DNA of 64,000 nt, taken from positions 23,474 through 87,473 of the IMG/VR virus record IMGVR_UViG_3300013104_000019; one strand, given 5' to 3'. Position 1 is the first letter of the stretch, and the number at the start of each line of letters is the position of its first letter. A model generated the notes under the pieces. It ran no database searches and had not been told where the DNA came from. It was given only the letters and a program-made list of their open reading frames with translations. Shown here one piece after another: positions 61,971 through 64,000 of the stretch. Origin of the DNA: a virus. Lineage: Duplodnaviria > Heunggongvirae > Uroviricota > Caudoviricetes. A program made the position numbers and the translations under genes.

Positions 61971-62000
61971 GGCTAGAGGCAGGTTTCCCCGCCTCTAGCC
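61971..62000 (-). terminator. minus-strand intrinsic terminator upstream of the helicase gene
   Basis: ggctagaggcaggtttccccgcctctagcc. On the minus strand it is followed by TTTTTATTCCG. Confidence 0.7.
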
Positions 62001-62029
62001 GGTGCTTGCGGAACCATTACAAGGCTGTC

Positions 62030-62434
62030 TCAGTGAGGTTGCTGCACGAGTGCCGAGAGTTCTTTCAGCTTGTTGCGCTGGACCTGCTCGACGGAGAAGA
62101 TCGCTTCATCGGTGAGTGCCAACTGAGCTTTGGCCAGTGCCGTCAGAGCCCGCGCCATGTGAGCGCTGGCATTCGTACCAAAGCGGATTTTCACACGATG
62201 CCGAAGCATTTCCAGAAGTGCGACTTCCGTAACACCGTGCTGGCCGAATCCCGCTGCTTGCGGATCAAATTGAAATCGCGTGATGCTGCGCTCGCCCCTC
62301 CCCTCGACGAGTTGATGTTCGATCACGTATTCCTGTCCGGCGGGCACGCTCTCGCCTCGGACTTCGTAAAGCGCTGCTCTGTCGTCCTCGTAAATCGGGA
62401 CGTCTTCTTTGGTCTGCTCGACTTGCGTGCTCAT
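62030..62434 (-). CDS. small hypothetical protein, tandem paralog family member A
   Basis: Trimmed to MSTQVEQ. ...ALYEVRGES...RFQFDPQAAGFGQHGVTEVALLEMLRHRVKIRFG shares the G-(F/L/V)-T-(D/N/E)-(E/A)-A-L-L-A-x-L-x-H-R pattern with the 63021.., 63368.. and 63691.. genes. Confidence 0.5.
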   Translation of the reverse strand: MSTQVEQTKEDVPIYEDDRAALYEVRGESVPAGQEYVIEHQLVEGRGERSITRFQFDPQAAGFGQHGVTEVALLEMLRHRVKIRFGTNASAHMARALTALAKAQLALTDEAIFSVEQVQRNKLKELSALVQQPH

Positions 62435-62572
62435 GCTTAAAACCCCGTAGTTAAATGGTAGGCGAAGATGGATTTTCACCACCGGCTCTTTTCCGGCTGC
62501 TGCTATGCCCAAACCTGAGAGGCGTGCTCACCGGCCCAGTACCGCGCACACTGGTTCGCTATCGCCCCTTGA

Positions 62573-63028
62573 TCAGCTGGCTTCGAGGATATGGCGTGCA
62601 ATCTGCGATGCATCATCGTGCAGATACTTCAGCAGCGCATTCCTCACATCATCCGGAAGATATTGCGAAGCGATGTCCGACTCGATCTTCCACGTCTCGA
62701 TCGCATGACGAATCGCCTGCAAGACGTCTTCTGCCTTTTCGCCGTGTCGGATGTTGAAAGCGAGGGAAAAGCGTTCCACCTTCCCGTCGCATTCCACATC
62801 CACTGCGTACAGATCGCCCTGTTCGAGCGGTCCACGGTAGAAGCCGTCTTCACCCTTGACGAAGTCCACCCGCCAGAACTTCACGTTCTTCATCTCGAAG
62901 AGCAGAACTTCCGGCGGATGGCACAGTTCGTCGATGTGAAAGATGCAGGAGGTCATCCCTCGTGCCTTCGGTACGGGAAACGACTTGGCTTCTATCACCG
63001 GTGCTGGTTTCGGTAACTTGTCAGTCAT
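62573..63028 (-). CDS. hypothetical protein
   Basis: Trimmed to MTDKLPKP after ggagag RBS, ATGA overlap with the upstream gene. Confidence 0.5.
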   Translation of the reverse strand: MTDKLPKPAPVIEAKSFPVPKARGMTSCIFHIDELCHPPEVLLFEMKNVKFWRVDFVKGEDGFYRGPLEQGDLYAVDVECDGKVERFSLAFNIRHGEKAEDVLQAIRHAIETWKIESDIASQYLPDDVRNALLKYLHDDASQIARHILEAS

Positions 63029-63371
63029 TGATGATGCTCTCCAGAGTCTGAATCCACTCACCGTAGACCATGCTGTCGATCAGGGGCGTGTCTTCTCGGT
63101 TGCGCTTCTGCTCAAAGCGGAACTTCAGAATCGCCGCAAGCGCTGCATCCGTGATGCCAAAGGGACAAACAATATCGTCGTTGAAGTAGCGCTTGAAATC
63201 CATCGGCATGATGGACTGATGGTTCGGTTGGATCGTCTCGATGATGATGCGCTCACCGGGTTCCAACTCCATCTCAGCACCATCCACGTTCACCTTCAGG
63301 ATGGTCGAGACGCGAAGGTCGTCTTCTTCGTAGATGACCTTCTCATTCGACTTCTCGGCGAAAGCGCTCAT
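63021..63371 (-). CDS. small hypothetical protein, tandem paralog C
   Basis: ...CPFGITDAALAAILKFRFEQK... Confidence 0.5.
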   Translation of the reverse strand: MSAFAEKSNEKVIYEEDDLRVSTILKVNVDGAEMELEPGERIIIETIQPNHQSIMPMDFKRYFNDDIVCPFGITDAALAAILKFRFEQKRNREDTPLIDSMVYGEWIQTLESIIND

Positions 63372-63694
63372 GATACGTCTCGCCGTTTGGCCGCAGCGAT
63401 GGTTTCCTCAACGTCGCCGAGATACTCCGCTGCATGACGCCATTGATCGTTTCCGGTTGCAGCGTGCTTCAATTGCATCCGGTGTCGAAGAACTGCGAGT
63501 AGGGCTTCGTCCGTAAAACCGAGACCACCGCTGCCGGGTGTAACTTGGAAGTACAGATCGAATTCCTTGGTCTGCGCTTCCCCGTTGAACGTGACGGCGA
63601 ACATTACACCAGGTGCCAGTGCTTTGCTCGGACGGATAACCACGTTGTCCTTCTCGAAGATCGGAAGGTTTTGGTCGAGGGACTGGGCGCTCAT
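63368..63694 (-). CDS. small hypothetical protein, tandem paralog D
   Basis: ...GGLGFTDEALLAVLRHRMQLKH...; ATGA overlaps on both sides. Confidence 0.5.
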   Translation of the reverse strand: MSAQSLDQNLPIFEKDNVVIRPSKALAPGVMFAVTFNGEAQTKEFDLYFQVTPGSGGLGFTDEALLAVLRHRMQLKHAATGNDQWRHAAEYLGDVEETIAAAKRRDVS

Positions 63695-64000
63695 GCTTTC
63701 AGCTGCCCTTCCACGCCGCGCGCCATACGTTTTGCAGTACGCTCATTGAACATGAACAGGTTGAATGCGCGCTTCATGTGCGACAGCGCCAGTTCGTTTT
63801 CTTCGCACGGGAACTTCGCGTTGAGCGTCGACGTCCGGTGGATGACGATCGCCAGCATCGCTTCGTTTGTCAGACCAGTCACGCCTTCCTGCGGGATCGG
63901 ACCGTCTTGGAAGAAGATGAAGCGCGTTTCAGCCTGACCTTCCTTGTTGGTCCAGCGCACTTCGTAGTAGTGGCCGAGTGCGAACGTGTCTTCACCGAGG
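63691..64000 (-). CDS. small hypothetical protein, tandem paralog E (5' end outside window)
   Basis: Reading frame stays open to the window edge (...ALGHYYEVRWTNKEGQAETRFIFFQDGPIPQEGVTGLTNEAMLAIVIHR...), matching paralog A's ALYEVRGES...TEVALLEMLRHR. Confidence 0.45.
   Translation of the reverse strand, partial: LGEDTFALGHYYEVRWTNKEGQAETRFIFFQDGPIPQEGVTGLTNEAMLAIVIHRTSTLNAKFPCEENELALSHMKRAFNLFMFNERTAKRMARGVEGQLKA

Noticed and set aside
1-64000. Search for CRISPR arrays, rRNA, integrase or attachment sites, and transposase
   Set aside because: None seen. No regularly spaced direct repeats, no rRNA-like sequence, and no tyrosine or serine recombinase or DDE transposase signatures among the translations.

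Overview
The window reads as one contiguous stretch of a large virulent dsDNA phage of a Gram-negative (proteobacterial) host, at roughly 55% GC as judged by eye. It is probably a myovirus or jumbo-like phage. Evidence for this: more than 100 tightly packed, frequently overlapping ORFs, almost all on the + strand, with Shine-Dalgarno sites and transcription units ending in GC-rich UUCG-tetraloop hairpins. Three consecutive tail-fibre genes carry the phage 'NPH' N-terminal motif. A short tRNA locus is present. No rRNA or CRISPR array was found, and the few chromosome-like genes (thyA, dcd, a PPIase, an adhesin) sit inside phage context. Recognisable products, all by motif-level reading of the translations: thymidylate synthase, dCTP deaminase with a large insertion, cyclophilin PPIase, SPFH/band-7 protein, DHH/DHHA1 phosphoesterase, NADAR (YbiA-like) domain, a macro-like domain, a MazG-like pyrophosphohydrolase, a DEDDh 3'-5' exonuclease, a SLOG/YpsA-like Rossmann protein, an SNF2-family helicase, a papain-like C1 peptidase, an RNA polymerase alpha-CTD-like protein, a sigma region-4-like HTH protein, a Lys-rich histone-H1-like protein, and a trimeric-autotransporter-like adhesin with collagen repeats. 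Two canonical tRNAs, Ser(GCT) and Asn(GTT), are embedded in about 1.3 kb of ORF-free, highly structured sequence that ends in a terminator. I think this RNA locus is the most likely place for an undescribed element, possibly a large structured ncRNA next to phage tRNAs. Other candidates are listed here. One is a set of nucleotide and ADP-ribose processing enzymes (macro-like, MazG-like, then NADAR, a zinc ribbon and DHH in a row, plus the DEDDh exonuclease) that could be a counter-defence toolkit. Another is a pair of genes suggesting transcription takeover (alpha-CTD mimic plus sigma-like protein). Another is three conserved upstream DNA motif families, two of them sharing the TTCGAA palindrome, plus an unusual terminator tail TTTATGCC. 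The last is a reverse-strand module at the 3' end (SNF2 helicase, a 469-aa membrane-associated protein, and at least four tandem small paralogs). Most ORFs have no recognisable product. All family assignments are motif-level calls from reading the translations and need HMM confirmation. Hand-derived coordinates for non-ORF features are accurate to about +/-2 nt.
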